From positions 1 through 59,524 of the forward strand of contig JAQBWN010000002.1 in NCBI GenBank assembly GCA_027624555.1: a DNA stretch of 59,524 nt. Direction: 5' to 3'. The position numbers and the translations under genes are program-made. The DNA comes from a bacterium (GTDB lineage Bacteria > Patescibacteriota > Andersenbacteria > UBA10190). A model generated the notes under the pieces. The model was not told the DNA's origin. It was given only the letters and a program-made list of their open reading frames with translations, and did not search any database. Positions 1 through 9,461 of the stretch are shown here, one piece after another; positions within the stretch are counted from its first letter, which is position 1; every line of letters begins with the position of its first letter.

Positions 1-1372
1 AACCGTTGAGCCGTGCAATACGTGCAGTTCATGCGTTGCATTCCAAAAAAAATCTTCCCTCGACTTGGTGGAAATTGACGCTGCTTCAAATAGGGGGATA
101 GACGATATTCGGGCCCTTCGAGAAACCGTAAGCCTCGCACCAACAAATGGGGCATATAAAATATATATAATCGATGAAGTTCACATGTTATCTGGACCTG
201 CATTTGCAGCACTACTCAAAACTCTCGAAGAGCCTCCAAAACACGTCATTTTCATACTTGCAACCACTGAACTGCATAAAGTTCCTGCAACTATTAGCTC
301 CCGTTGCCAGCTTTTCCGTTTTAAAAGAGCGACAAACGAAGAAATGAAAACGCGGCTTACTCATCTCTTACAAAAAGAAAACCGCACAGCAGATAACGAG
401 CTTATAACATTTATCACAGAGCGAAGTGATGGATGTTACCGTGACGGTGAATCTCTGCTAGGGCAGCTTCTTTCAAATTCAAACGACAATCTAACCGCAC
501 TACAAGCTTCAGAATTGCTTGGAATACCATCACGAAAAACAGTTGAGAACTTTTTAGAAGCACTTGTTGCAGGCGATGCTAAAACTGCACTTACCCTTGC
601 CACAAAAGCATATGCGGAGGGACACGACGTAGAACAATTTCTTCAAGAATCTATTCGCTCTGCAAGAGATGGCATTGTTCGCGCCATTACGTCACAAAGT
701 CCTCCTGCATTTGCATCAGCGCCAAATGCTGTAGACCGCATCACGGTCATTATGCGCGCATTCCTTGTGGCTCTGCAGGATATTTCTGTTGTTCCAGAAC
801 CGATGATTGCGCTTGAACTTGCAATATTAACGTCTACGGTTGGAGTTAAGAGGGAAGCGAGCGCGACTCCTCCCCTTTTCAAGGGGAGGTTGGGTGGGGT
901 GCAAATTGAGCAGAAATCGGAATCACCCTCGCCCACACCCACTCCGAAAAACGCCCCTCACCCAGAACCCCACTCCGCCCAAGGGCTTCGCGGGGCGCAG
1001 CAGGAGAGGGGAACGACGTCAGCTCCCGATAGCCCTGAACTCCTCAAAAAAATCCAAGCATCCTGGGAAGCTGTTGTTCAACATGTTCGGACATTAAATC
1101 CTGTAGCATCTACCTTTTTACGCGCAACCACTCCAAAAGGTATGACGGGTGACACACTTGTGCTCCATATGCAATTTCCGCTCCATAAAACCTTCTTCGA
1201 CAAGCCAGATAACAAGACTATTGTCCAAAAAGCAATTATTAGTGTTACTGGTGAATCGGTAACTATTATGTGTGAACTTGGTGTAACGGGACCAGTTTCT
1301 CGAAACCAGCAGGAATCGAGCGAAGACAACCTCCTCAAAAACGTACAAGAAGTGTTTGGAGTGAAGGTGTAA
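1..1372 (+). CDS. dnaX: DNA polymerase III subunit gamma/tau (5' partial)
   Basis: Frame open from base 2 (PCNTCSSC zinc motif), EIDAASNRG, IIDEVHML, LLKTLEEPP and SRC motif. Confidence 0.97.
   Translation, partial: TVEPCNTCSSCVAFQKKSSLDLVEIDAASNRGIDDIRALRETVSLAPTNGAYKIYIIDEVHMLSGPAFAALLKTLEEPPKHVIFILATTELHKVPATISSRCQLFRFKRATNEEMKTRLTHLLQKENRTADNELITFITERSDGCYRDGESLLGQLLSNSNDNLTALQASELLGIPSRKTVENFLEALVAGDAKTALTLATKAYAEGHDVEQFLQESIRSARDGIVRAITSQSPPAFASAPNAVDRITVIMRAFLVALQDISVVPEPMIALELAILTSTVGVKREASATPPLFKGRLGGVQIEQKSESPSPTPTPKNAPHPEPHSAQGLRGAQQERGTTSAPDSPELLKKIQASWEAVVQHVRTLNPVASTFLRATTPKGMTGDTLVLHMQFPLHKTFFDKPDNKTIVQKAIISVTGESVTIMCELGVTGPVSRNQQESSEDNLLKNVQEVFGVKV
864..902 (-). repeat. Palindromic REP-like element, family A (in frame in dnaX)
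   Basis: Reverse complement matches 32414-32452 at 35/39 nt; stem CCTCCCC/GGGGAGG. Confidence 0.85.
954..1011 (+). repeat. Composite palindromic element (CCCCTCACCC...GGAGAGGGG shell with family C core) in dnaX
   Basis: Core 964-1000 matches the reverse complement of 18052-18088 at 32/37 nt. Confidence 0.75.
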
Positions 1373-1398
1373 CCACTTCAGGGTTTTTTCTTTGAATA

Positions 1399-1824
1399 TT
1401 ATTTTTCTAACGCTGCAACTCTGCGAGTTAATTCGTATTGCTGATTTTCAACGTGTTCCAATCGCTCCGGTAAATCATCTTGGTATCGCACTCGTTTATC
1501 AAGCGCTACTACAGATTCCGTATTCAAATCTACTTTCTCCGCAATTTCTTTATTAAATCGTTTTTGATCTTCCCAATTCAGTTTTTCTGCTAAACGAAAA
1601 TCGGCAATTTCCATTTTTAGTTCACTTCTCACTCCCTGGATTTCTTCTTTTAGCTCTGTACGCACAGCACTAATTTCCTTACGAAATTCTTTTCGTATCT
1701 GACTAAATCCCTTTTTCATTTCTTTCATAATAAAACCAGCAATCTCTTGCATCGTATCTGTAATACCTAAAAGATCCCTCCTGGTAACAGGTTTATCCAA
1801 ATCTTGTAATTTCTTCTTGAGCAT
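1399..1824 (-). CDS. Coiled-coil hypothetical protein with 11-aa repeats
   Basis: Start moved to ATG 1824 because the upstream extension lies in a tRNA and TATACT sits 6 nt before this ATG; repeats EISAVRTELKE/EIQGVRSELKM. Confidence 0.7.
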   Translation of the reverse strand: MLKKKLQDLDKPVTRRDLLGITDTMQEIAGFIMKEMKKGFSQIRKEFRKEISAVRTELKEEIQGVRSELKMEIADFRLAEKLNWEDQKRFNKEIAEKVDLNTESVVALDKRVRYQDDLPERLEHVENQQYELTRRVAALEK

Positions 1825-1848
1825 AGCTAAAGTATACCACTTTTTTTG

Positions 1849-1919
1849 TTCCCGGGCAGGGATTCGAACCCCGATACCAAGGACCAAAACCTTGTGTCCT
1901 GCCGTTAGACGACCCGGGA
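1849..1919 (-). tRNA. tRNA-Gln(TTG)
   Basis: Acceptor TCCCGGG/CCCGGGA, anticodon arm CAAGG-TT TTG GT-CCTTG, GTTCGAAT T-loop. Confidence 0.95.
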
Positions 1920-1983
1920 ATGCTGATGATACTACCGAACTATTGGGATTTAGGCAAGAAAAAAACCATGCTAGAATTTATGT

Positions 1984-2730
1984 ATGAACATCGAAAACCC
2001 TCGGTTCAATCAACCATCCCCAGAAAACGAGCCGTCTGAGCTATTTACGCCCGAGCGGTTAATTGCTCATATACAGGAAAATGAGACATTACCCAATGTG
2101 AGTAAAGAAGAACTACAACGTTTAAATAACGAAATGACGCAGGAACAAGTTCTTGAATACTACACCACAGCACACGCAATTGAGAACGAGGAAAAAAGGA
2201 ACGAACTATTAGACCAGTGGATACCAAAACCTAAAATTCTCTACCATGCATCTCCTCTAGGTACCATTGAGGAATTTGAGCCACGAGGTCGGTACAAGAG
2301 AAACCCCAATGACCCACCACAAGTATTCGGATCAAGCTCTGAAGCGGTTGCTACCATGATGATGGCTCCAGGTGATGACTCCTGGCATAAGGCTGGCTCG
2401 TACGACGGGCAGCGAACGTGGACTTTTATTTATCCTGATACCGATGAATTTCGAAAAGCCGACGTAGGTGGATATATTTACGAACTGCCCCCTGATGATT
2501 TCAATTGTGACCCACACATGGGCATGGGCGTGGCAGAGTGGACATCAGCAAAGCCAGTAAAACCTCTCACAAAACCGAAACACTATCCTTCAAGCATTGA
2601 AGCGATGCTTGAGCATGGCGTAAAAGTATATCGGGTGGATCAGGAGTTGTTTCGCCGTTTCCGAGATAACAATGAAGATGATGTTGAGCTATTGAAAAAC
2701 ATCAAACCTATAGAAATTTCCAACGCTTAG
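1984..2730 (+). CDS. Hypothetical protein, probable ADP-ribosyltransferase (Arr-like) fold in the C-terminal part
   Basis: LYHAS...VFGS...GYIYEL...EWTS..PVK motif order resembles Arr-type ART proteins. Confidence 0.5.
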   Translation: MNIENPRFNQPSPENEPSELFTPERLIAHIQENETLPNVSKEELQRLNNEMTQEQVLEYYTTAHAIENEEKRNELLDQWIPKPKILYHASPLGTIEEFEPRGRYKRNPNDPPQVFGSSSEAVATMMMAPGDDSWHKAGSYDGQRTWTFIYPDTDEFRKADVGGYIYELPPDDFNCDPHMGMGVAEWTSAKPVKPLTKPKHYPSSIEAMLEHGVKVYRVDQELFRRFRDNNEDDVELLKNIKPIEISNA

Positions 2731-2800
2731 CGTTGGATGGCATTTTACTAGTATCATCAATACTCTCAAATTGTATTTAAAGCACTCAGCAAAAAAACTC

Positions 2801-3445
2801 TTAACTGGAAAGAGTACCCATAAATTCATCAATTTTTTGGTGAAAGTTTTCTAACCCTTCGGGTACTTCAAGCACATAATCAAAAAAGTCATCAGGAAGA
2901 GAAAGTTGTTCTTTTTCGCTCAAATGATTTCCAACACCTGCACCTAAGAAAGTTTCTACTAAAAGTGCGGGACGAACGAGGCGAATGGATGTTCCGCCCA
3001 TTTCTTTTACGGCTGCAATTTCATTTTCAAACCTGCAGCTGCTAACGATAATTCCGGCATACTCCGACTTTTTTCCCTCTGATTGATATGCACCTTTTTT
3101 CTCGGAATAACAATATCCAGCCTGTATTTTTTCTACTACGCGCTTCATATACACAATCCATGTTTCTGGGTACGCAAGGCGACTTAATTCATTTCCTAAA
3201 AGCTGTGTGACAATTCGGGCGGATAAAAATGTTCCGTCTGCTCGAGGGTATCGCTCATCATCTTGATTACGCGCCTGTGATGGCCCCCAAAGCTGCTCAT
3301 CAGAGAATTCATACACTTCTTTGGCGATTCTCTTAAACGGGTCAGCCATGCTTATTTTCACAAAACCATACTTCGCAACCATATAGTCTGCCATGGTATC
3401 TTTCCCTACCCCCATGTTGCCGGTAAGGCTAATAATTTTACTCAT
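2801..3445 (-). CDS. Deoxynucleoside monophosphate kinase-like P-loop protein
   Basis: N-terminal GNMGVGKDT, FVKISMADPFK, RFENE and HLSE, as in phage/viral dNMP kinases. Confidence 0.7.
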   Translation of the reverse strand: MSKIISLTGNMGVGKDTMADYMVAKYGFVKISMADPFKRIAKEVYEFSDEQLWGPSQARNQDDERYPRADGTFLSARIVTQLLGNELSRLAYPETWIVYMKRVVEKIQAGYCYSEKKGAYQSEGKKSEYAGIIVSSCRFENEIAAVKEMGGTSIRLVRPALLVETFLGAGVGNHLSEKEQLSLPDDFFDYVLEVPEGLENFHQKIDEFMGTLSS

Positions 3446-3562
3446 AGTATTAGAATACTAGAGAGTGATATACTTATCTATATGCTGGATGTGAATTTAC
3501 CGCGTGCCCGAGAGAATAATTATGAACATCACAAAAATCGGACATCGTTGTACGATTAAGTT

Positions 3563-4735
3563 ATGGAAATTGTATTAACCGTAAGCCAGTGCGTAGAAGC
3601 CATTAATATCACTTTGGATTCCCTGGGAGAACTTACCGTGGAGGGTGAAGTTTCGGAATTCAAAATTATTCAAAACAAATGGGTAACATTTGATATTAAA
3701 GACAATACTTCGGTACTTAAATGCTTTATGACCGTATGGAATTTACGTACGCAAATTGAAGATGGAATGTTAGTAAAAGTAACCGGGCAACCAAACCTGC
3801 GCGCAAAAGGATTTTTAAGCTTTGTCGCAAAAAATGTCCGCCCATCCGGAGAAGGTTCTCTCAAACGAGCGCTCGAACTCCTGAAAAAGAAATTGGAACA
3901 AGAGGGATTATTTTCACGAGAACGCAAGCGCCCCCTTCCGCGTTTTCCTGAACATATTGCATTTATTACATCCAGAGATGCGGCAGCATATAACGATTTC
4001 CTCAAAGTGTTAGCTGCACGGCAGGGAGGTCTGCGTATTTCTTTTATTCACACACAAGTGCAGGGGTTAGACGCACCTGAACAAATCATAGGCGCACTTG
4101 CTACAGCAAATACGGAACTACAAAACCTCGATGCAATAATTCTTGTACGCGGAGGAGGAAGCATAGAAGACCTTATGGCATTTAACGATGAGCACGTAGT
4201 GCGAGCAGTTGCATCTTCCCGCACTCCGATTATTGTTGCTATCGGCCATGAACGAGACGTATGCTTCGCTGAACTTGTAGCAGATGTTCGCGCATCTACC
4301 CCAAGCAACGCAGCAGAACTCCTCGTAAAGCATCGTGAAGAAATTGCGCTTGATATATCTCGGCTTACTTCATCGATTTCACAAACGGTAGCTGCGCGAA
4401 TTGCCAAGAAACAATCCAGTATTATCAGTATGACCCATACTATTAGCAACAGGCTCAAAGTAACGTCTCAAAATGCAGAACAGTTAATATCACGCATTTC
4501 CAATATGTCTGTACGACTACGCGATACCATAAGTTCATCTAAGAATAAAATAGATAATATGAAACGAATGCTCCTCGCGCTATCTCCAGAACAAACATTG
4601 TTACGCGGATACAGTATTACCAGGACAAAGAGCGGAGCAGTGCTAAAGGATGTAAAAGACACAACAACAGACGAAGAACTTATAACCACACTAGCAAAAG
4701 GTACAATTACTTCCGTTGTCCGTAAGGTAAATTAG
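3563..4735 (+). CDS. xseA: Exodeoxyribonuclease VII large subunit
   Basis: VEGEVS, RGGGSIEDL, IGHERD, ADVRASTPS, LSP..LLRGYS. Confidence 0.96.
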   Translation: MEIVLTVSQCVEAINITLDSLGELTVEGEVSEFKIIQNKWVTFDIKDNTSVLKCFMTVWNLRTQIEDGMLVKVTGQPNLRAKGFLSFVAKNVRPSGEGSLKRALELLKKKLEQEGLFSRERKRPLPRFPEHIAFITSRDAAAYNDFLKVLAARQGGLRISFIHTQVQGLDAPEQIIGALATANTELQNLDAIILVRGGGSIEDLMAFNDEHVVRAVASSRTPIIVAIGHERDVCFAELVADVRASTPSNAAELLVKHREEIALDISRLTSSISQTVAARIAKKQSSIISMTHTISNRLKVTSQNAEQLISRISNMSVRLRDTISSSKNKIDNMKRMLLALSPEQTLLRGYSITRTKSGAVLKDVKDTTTDEELITTLAKGTITSVVRKVN

Positions 4736-4743
4736 TGATATAC

Positions 4744-4959
4744 ATGAATGATATGGAAAAAGTGGTAAAAAAATTTGATTTCACCAAAGGATACGAGGAG
4801 CTAGAAAGTATCGTACAAGATTTTGAATCGAGGGAATTAGACCTAGAGAAAGATTTGCCAAAATTTGAACGCGGATTAGAGTTGGCCAAAAAACTACAAG
4901 ACCGACTGAAAGAAATTGAGAACACGGTGCAGGAAATTGAACGCAAGTTCACACCATGA
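4744..4959 (+). CDS. xseB: Exodeoxyribonuclease VII small subunit
   Basis: ELESIV..FE...LDLE....FERGLEL; follows xseA; start uncertain (4735/4744/4753). Confidence 0.9.
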   Translation: MNDMEKVVKKFDFTKGYEELESIVQDFESRELDLEKDLPKFERGLELAKKLQDRLKEIENTVQEIERKFTP

Positions 4960-6203
4960 AGAAAATTTTGATACTGGGAGGGGGGTTCGGTGGAGTTGCT
5001 ACATATAAGCATTTGCACAAAATAATTCACCCAGCGAATATTCACAATATTCAAGTAGAGCTCATAAATAAGACGAATTACTTTACGTTTTCTCCAATGC
5101 TTCACGAAGTGGCGACCGGCTCTGTAGGACGAGAACACATTGTGCAACCGCTTCGAGAAATGCTCAAATGCTGCGGAAAGGATTTTCATCAGGCATTAAT
5201 TATAAAAATCGATCCGAAGAAAAAACTCGTATATACAAATACGGGAAACTATTCGTACGACATCCTGGTGATAGCGCTCGGCGTTGAACAAAGCTACTTT
5301 AATACGCCAGGAGCAGAAAAATACGCTCTGGCACTCAAGTGGCTTCCTGGCGCTATTGCGATTCGAAACAGAATAATAAATTCTTTCGAACAGGCGTCCG
5401 AGAAGCACGATACAAAGGATAGCGATGCAATGAATAAATTTCTTAATTTTGTTATTGTTGGCGGCGGCCCTACGGGGACTGAACTTGCAGGACAATTATC
5501 TGATTTATTGCAAAATGAAATGGTAAAATTCTACGGAGATATTCCAATAAATCACGCGAAGGTAGTTCTCATTCATGCTGGAAGGCGTTTAATCGAGCAA
5601 CTTTCTACGCAAGCATCTGCCTCAGCCCTCAAACGTCTACAAAAAATGGGAGTAGAAGTTATTCTGGGCGAAACAGTAACAGAAGTTACAAAAGATTCTG
5701 TTAAATGTTCTTCCGGTAGCTCTATTCCGAGCAACAGTGTTTTTTGGACCGCAGGAACTGAAAGCGGATTAAAGAAAATACTTCCCACGAAACTCCTAAA
5801 CGAGCGCGGAATGATTTCGGTTTCTGGGACATTTCAAGTCCCTGAGTATCCAGAAATCTTCGCATTAGGTGATAATGCATATGTAACAGAAGACGACTTC
5901 AAATATCCACCACTTGCCCAGGCTGCCGTACAAGCATCATCAACAGTCGCAAAAAATATTATTGCACACATTCATCACCAAACACCCAGGAAAAAACGAT
6001 ACCGCCACAAAGGAGATATTATCCCTATTGGAAATTCCTATGGAATATTTGAACAAAAAACCATCAGGTTTACTGGATTTTTTGCATGGGTACTTCGAAG
6101 AATTGTATTTATGCAAACCATGTATGGCTGGCGGAACAAAATACATGTGTTATTTGATTGGACAGTAGAGACGTTCTCTCCTCGTGACACTTCAGAATTC
6201 TAA
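4956..6203 (+). CDS. ndh: Type II NADH dehydrogenase family FAD-dependent oxidoreductase
   Basis: GGGFGG, FSPMLHEVATG, GGGPTGTELAG, FALGD, PPLAQAAVQ. Confidence 0.88.
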   Translation: MKKILILGGGFGGVATYKHLHKIIHPANIHNIQVELINKTNYFTFSPMLHEVATGSVGREHIVQPLREMLKCCGKDFHQALIIKIDPKKKLVYTNTGNYSYDILVIALGVEQSYFNTPGAEKYALALKWLPGAIAIRNRIINSFEQASEKHDTKDSDAMNKFLNFVIVGGGPTGTELAGQLSDLLQNEMVKFYGDIPINHAKVVLIHAGRRLIEQLSTQASASALKRLQKMGVEVILGETVTEVTKDSVKCSSGSSIPSNSVFWTAGTESGLKKILPTKLLNERGMISVSGTFQVPEYPEIFALGDNAYVTEDDFKYPPLAQAAVQASSTVAKNIIAHIHHQTPRKKRYRHKGDIIPIGNSYGIFEQKTIRFTGFFAWVLRRIVFMQTMYGWRNKIHVLFDWTVETFSPRDTSEF

Positions 6204-6218
6204 AGGTATTATAAGCCC

Positions 6219-7292
6219 ATGAATAAACCATCCCACAAATTCATTGGAATATCACTTTATTTACTCTTTTTTTCAGTATCACCTGCACACGGCGCGACAT
6301 TTTTACCTATTTCCAACGAAGCAGCGTCGCTTCGATCTGAAGCAAGTGGAGACGTATATGCCGCAAGCAAGTTCGTGGTTATCGCTGCGCCCGTTCAAGG
6401 GGATATATTTGCAGCGGGTGATGGGGTAGATATTTCTGGGTCTTCAAGCGCTAGTATTTTCGCGGTAGGACGCAATCTCAACATTACTGGCGATGCAAAT
6501 GATGACGTTAGAATAGCTGGGAGTATAATTTCAGTCGATTCAAATATAGCGCACGACCTTTTTGCTTTAGGTTCTCAGATTTTTATTTCCAAAGATACTC
6601 AAGTCCATGGTGATGCATATATAGCAGGAGAAAATGTTACCATTTCAGGAACGGTGCATGGTAATGTCCGCGCTACAGGAAGTAAGATAACATTTACCAA
6701 CGATGCAGTAGTAATGGGAGACATAACGGTATATGGCAATGCTCCAACTATCGAAGATAATGCGAAGATTTCGGGAAAAGTTACTACAATTGCACCTCAA
6801 ACAGATACAAAAAAAGTGTCGAGAGGAATTGCCCTAAGAACGCTTCTTACAACTATCGTGTCTACGGCAGTCCTCGCTCTCGCTTTACTCTATAGTGCAC
6901 CCATATTAGTCGCTAAAAGCAAGGACCTTGTATCTCAACGGCCAATACAATCCGCTATCATCGGGTTGCTCTGGTTGCTTCTATGTATCCCCGCAACAAT
7001 CCTGTTCCTTACTACCAGTATCGGGATATTTATTGGATTATTTGTTCTCACTAGCACAATTCCACTCCTTATTATTGCGTTTGGATTCGTGATTATTGCA
7101 ACGGGAAGTATAATATATCGTCTCATGCTAAAAAAAGACGGCGTAGCTTGGCAACACGTACTCATTGGTGCAGCTGTTGTGGGCTTAGTCGCACAGCTAA
7201 ACGTCATTGGCTTCCTCCTTATAACCACTGCATTCCTCATTGCACTAGGTGCCATCCTCAACGCGTTCTGGAGCTTAATCCAAGGAAAATAA
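6219..7292 (+). CDS. Membrane protein with polymer-forming/bactofilin-like beta-helix repeats
   Basis: Signal peptide, G-D-V-x-A-G repeats, C-terminal multi-TM region. Confidence 0.7.
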   Translation: MNKPSHKFIGISLYLLFFSVSPAHGATFLPISNEAASLRSEASGDVYAASKFVVIAAPVQGDIFAAGDGVDISGSSSASIFAVGRNLNITGDANDDVRIAGSIISVDSNIAHDLFALGSQIFISKDTQVHGDAYIAGENVTISGTVHGNVRATGSKITFTNDAVVMGDITVYGNAPTIEDNAKISGKVTTIAPQTDTKKVSRGIALRTLLTTIVSTAVLALALLYSAPILVAKSKDLVSQRPIQSAIIGLLWLLLCIPATILFLTTSIGIFIGLFVLTSTIPLLIIAFGFVIIATGSIIYRLMLKKDGVAWQHVLIGAAVVGLVAQLNVIGFLLITTAFLIALGAILNAFWSLIQGK

Positions 7293-7293
7293 T

Positions 7294-7866
7294 ATGAAAG
7301 ATAAAACCTCCACTATATCGCTCATTGTTGGACTTGCCATTCCAGTTGTCATGGTAATTCTTATTGCACTCGCCGTACTTATTCCGGGCAGAAATATCAA
7401 TCCAACCACGGACTTTATATATGCAACAGGCTCCTACCCAAGCTACACAACGAGGGACGAGAACACAGTTATCCAACATGATCTCACTATAAAAAATGGG
7501 ATCCTAGTAGACGCTACACAAAGCTATCCAGTAGCGAACAACTATCCACCTTATTTTCATGAAAAAGAATCAGTTCCTCGACTATTTATTCACAACACAA
7601 CTGAAAATTCAAACAAAGAAATATCTTTAGAAGAAGCAAAAACATTACGCTTGTCTGCAGAATCAAAATCTCCTGATGGTTTTACTGTTTCTTTTGGACG
7701 AAGATCATATGGAGTATTCCCGTTTTTCTTTGACAGCGGTTCTGATGATAGTGAGCACGCGTACCTCTCCAATCAAACAGCAAGTAAAGAAATTACTTTG
7801 ACATCCGGTGCACCGAAAGACATCTATTCGTTTCAGCTAGTGGGTTGGATAATAGAGGAAAAATAA
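7294..7866 (+). CDS. Hypothetical membrane-anchored protein
   Basis: 190 aa ORF with an N-terminal TM helix, in operon spacing. Confidence 0.7.
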   Translation: MKDKTSTISLIVGLAIPVVMVILIALAVLIPGRNINPTTDFIYATGSYPSYTTRDENTVIQHDLTIKNGILVDATQSYPVANNYPPYFHEKESVPRLFIHNTTENSNKEISLEEAKTLRLSAESKSPDGFTVSFGRRSYGVFPFFFDSGSDDSEHAYLSNQTASKEITLTSGAPKDIYSFQLVGWIIEEK

Positions 7867-7868
7867 AT

Positions 7869-8864
7869 ATGGATAAAGATAGTCTTTTAACTGCAATTAC
7901 CCACGCATCCGCAGAACGAAGCATTTCTCGCGAAGAACTATTATCTGCGTTTCAAAAAGGGCAGGGTGAAATTGCCGTTCCGCAAAGAAGCAAGTTAAAC
8001 ATAATAAATATACTGTACGCACTTGGAGGATTAATAGTTGTTATCGGCATTATTCTCTTTTTTGAGCAGCAGTGGGAAACGCTTTCGTCCACTGCTCGCA
8101 TTCTTGTAACGTTGGGGTCTGGGATTGCGACGTACCTTGCCGGAATACTCTTTATGCGAGTGAAAAGTTTTACAGGCGTTGCAGTAAGTTTCTTCCTTAT
8201 ATTTGTGCTTGTATCGCCATTTGGCATACACGTCACGCTCGATACTTTAGACTACGCATCTCCCATACTTTCCAATGAAAACATTATTTTTTCTACCATG
8301 TTTATTTGGACACTAGCATCATTCTCGTTATTGCGTCTCAGTATCTTTCGTACTTTCTCGGTGATATTTGGAAGCCTGCTCTTTTTTAGTTCAACTGGAG
8401 CACTCTTAGAAAGAAACCCCGCTATAGATATTGGCGAAGCATTTGAATACCGATTTTTGCTTCTTGGAATAAGCTATGCGCTTCTTGCATACTCATGGAA
8501 GAAGATTGCACCAACTCTTTCGTCGTGGATGTACGCATTAGGAACTATGATGTTTTTAAGTGCAGCGCTTGCACTTGGAGGATACGCCCCTTCCGCGAAC
8601 AAACCGTGGGAAATTGCATACATCGGGCTAAACTTCGGCATCTTATTTTTAAGCGTTGTTCTCAAGAGCCGCGCAATGCTTGTTCTGGGGAGCCTATACC
8701 TTATGGGGTACATTATGAAAATTACTGCAGAATACTTTAGTGATAGCTTAGGTTGGCCTATTTCACTCGTACTGGCAGGCTTTACATTAATCGGAATCGG
8801 CTACGTAACATTCATGATGAATCAGCGATTCATGAAGAAAGATGGAGTGAACCTTGACGGATAA
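7869..8864 (+). CDS. Multi-pass membrane protein (DUF2157-like)
   Basis: LYALGGLIVVIGI..F..QQW..LS motif; about 10 TM segments. Confidence 0.7.
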   Translation: MDKDSLLTAITHASAERSISREELLSAFQKGQGEIAVPQRSKLNIINILYALGGLIVVIGIILFFEQQWETLSSTARILVTLGSGIATYLAGILFMRVKSFTGVAVSFFLIFVLVSPFGIHVTLDTLDYASPILSNENIIFSTMFIWTLASFSLLRLSIFRTFSVIFGSLLFFSSTGALLERNPAIDIGEAFEYRFLLLGISYALLAYSWKKIAPTLSSWMYALGTMMFLSAALALGGYAPSANKPWEIAYIGLNFGILFLSVVLKSRAMLVLGSLYLMGYIMKITAEYFSDSLGWPISLVLAGFTLIGIGYVTFMMNQRFMKKDGVNLDG

Positions 8865-9432
8865 TAGTTAGTTTGCCATTTTCGTATTTTGCGATAGTGC
8901 TCATAGCCCCTTGCTGTAAATTTCCTCCGTCTAGAATACAACCAAGAGAAAGATCGTACGTTGTGCCGTCTTTCCCAGGAAACACCGCTTCTATTTCATC
9001 AGGGTTATATATAGCTTCTTGTCCAGATATATTCGCACTTGTAGCGGTAAGAGGTAGGGCAGTTGTATCTGCAAAACCTTGCATTAATTCATGGTCTATA
9101 ACTCGCAGGGCAATACAACCATTTTGTGCAATGTGCTCTAATGCTGGCTTGGGGCGAACTAATAGTGTTAAGGCAGAATGCGAAAATTTATGCAGTATTT
9201 CTCGTTCTTTGTCTGTTAAATCTAAATACGTATCCCACAAAGATTCTTTCATAAATACACTAAACGCCTTCTCTGCAGGGCGCTTTTTTATATTCCGCAG
9301 TCGCTGTAACCCATGACCAAAAAGAGCATTAACCGCCAACCCATACGATGTGCCCGTTGGAAATGCGACAATTCTGCCTTCTTGGATTATTTTTACTGCC
9401 CTTAGTACGTCTGTTGTTTTGGTAATATACAT
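8830..9432 (-). CDS. tsaC: L-threonylcarbamoyladenylate synthase (YrdC/Sua5)
   Basis: VAFPTGTSYGL, K.RP..K, PLTATSANISG, STI. Confidence 0.88.
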   Translation of the reverse strand: MYITKTTDVLRAVKIIQEGRIVAFPTGTSYGLAVNALFGHGLQRLRNIKKRPAEKAFSVFMKESLWDTYLDLTDKEREILHKFSHSALTLLVRPKPALEHIAQNGCIALRVIDHELMQGFADTTALPLTATSANISGQEAIYNPDEIEAVFPGKDGTTYDLSLGCILDGGNLQQGAMSTIAKYENGKLTIIRQGSLHLSS

Positions 9433-9461
9433 AGTTTCCTGTATTGTACACTATGAGCTAT

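Noticed and set aside
1045..1052. A-run in dnaX as a gamma/tau frameshift site
   Set aside because: Not the A AAA AAG motif and too short to argue for slippage; no clear stimulator
1825..1887. N-terminal extension of ORF 1399-1887
   Set aside because: It runs through tRNA-Gln; ATG 1824 has a -10 box at the usual distance
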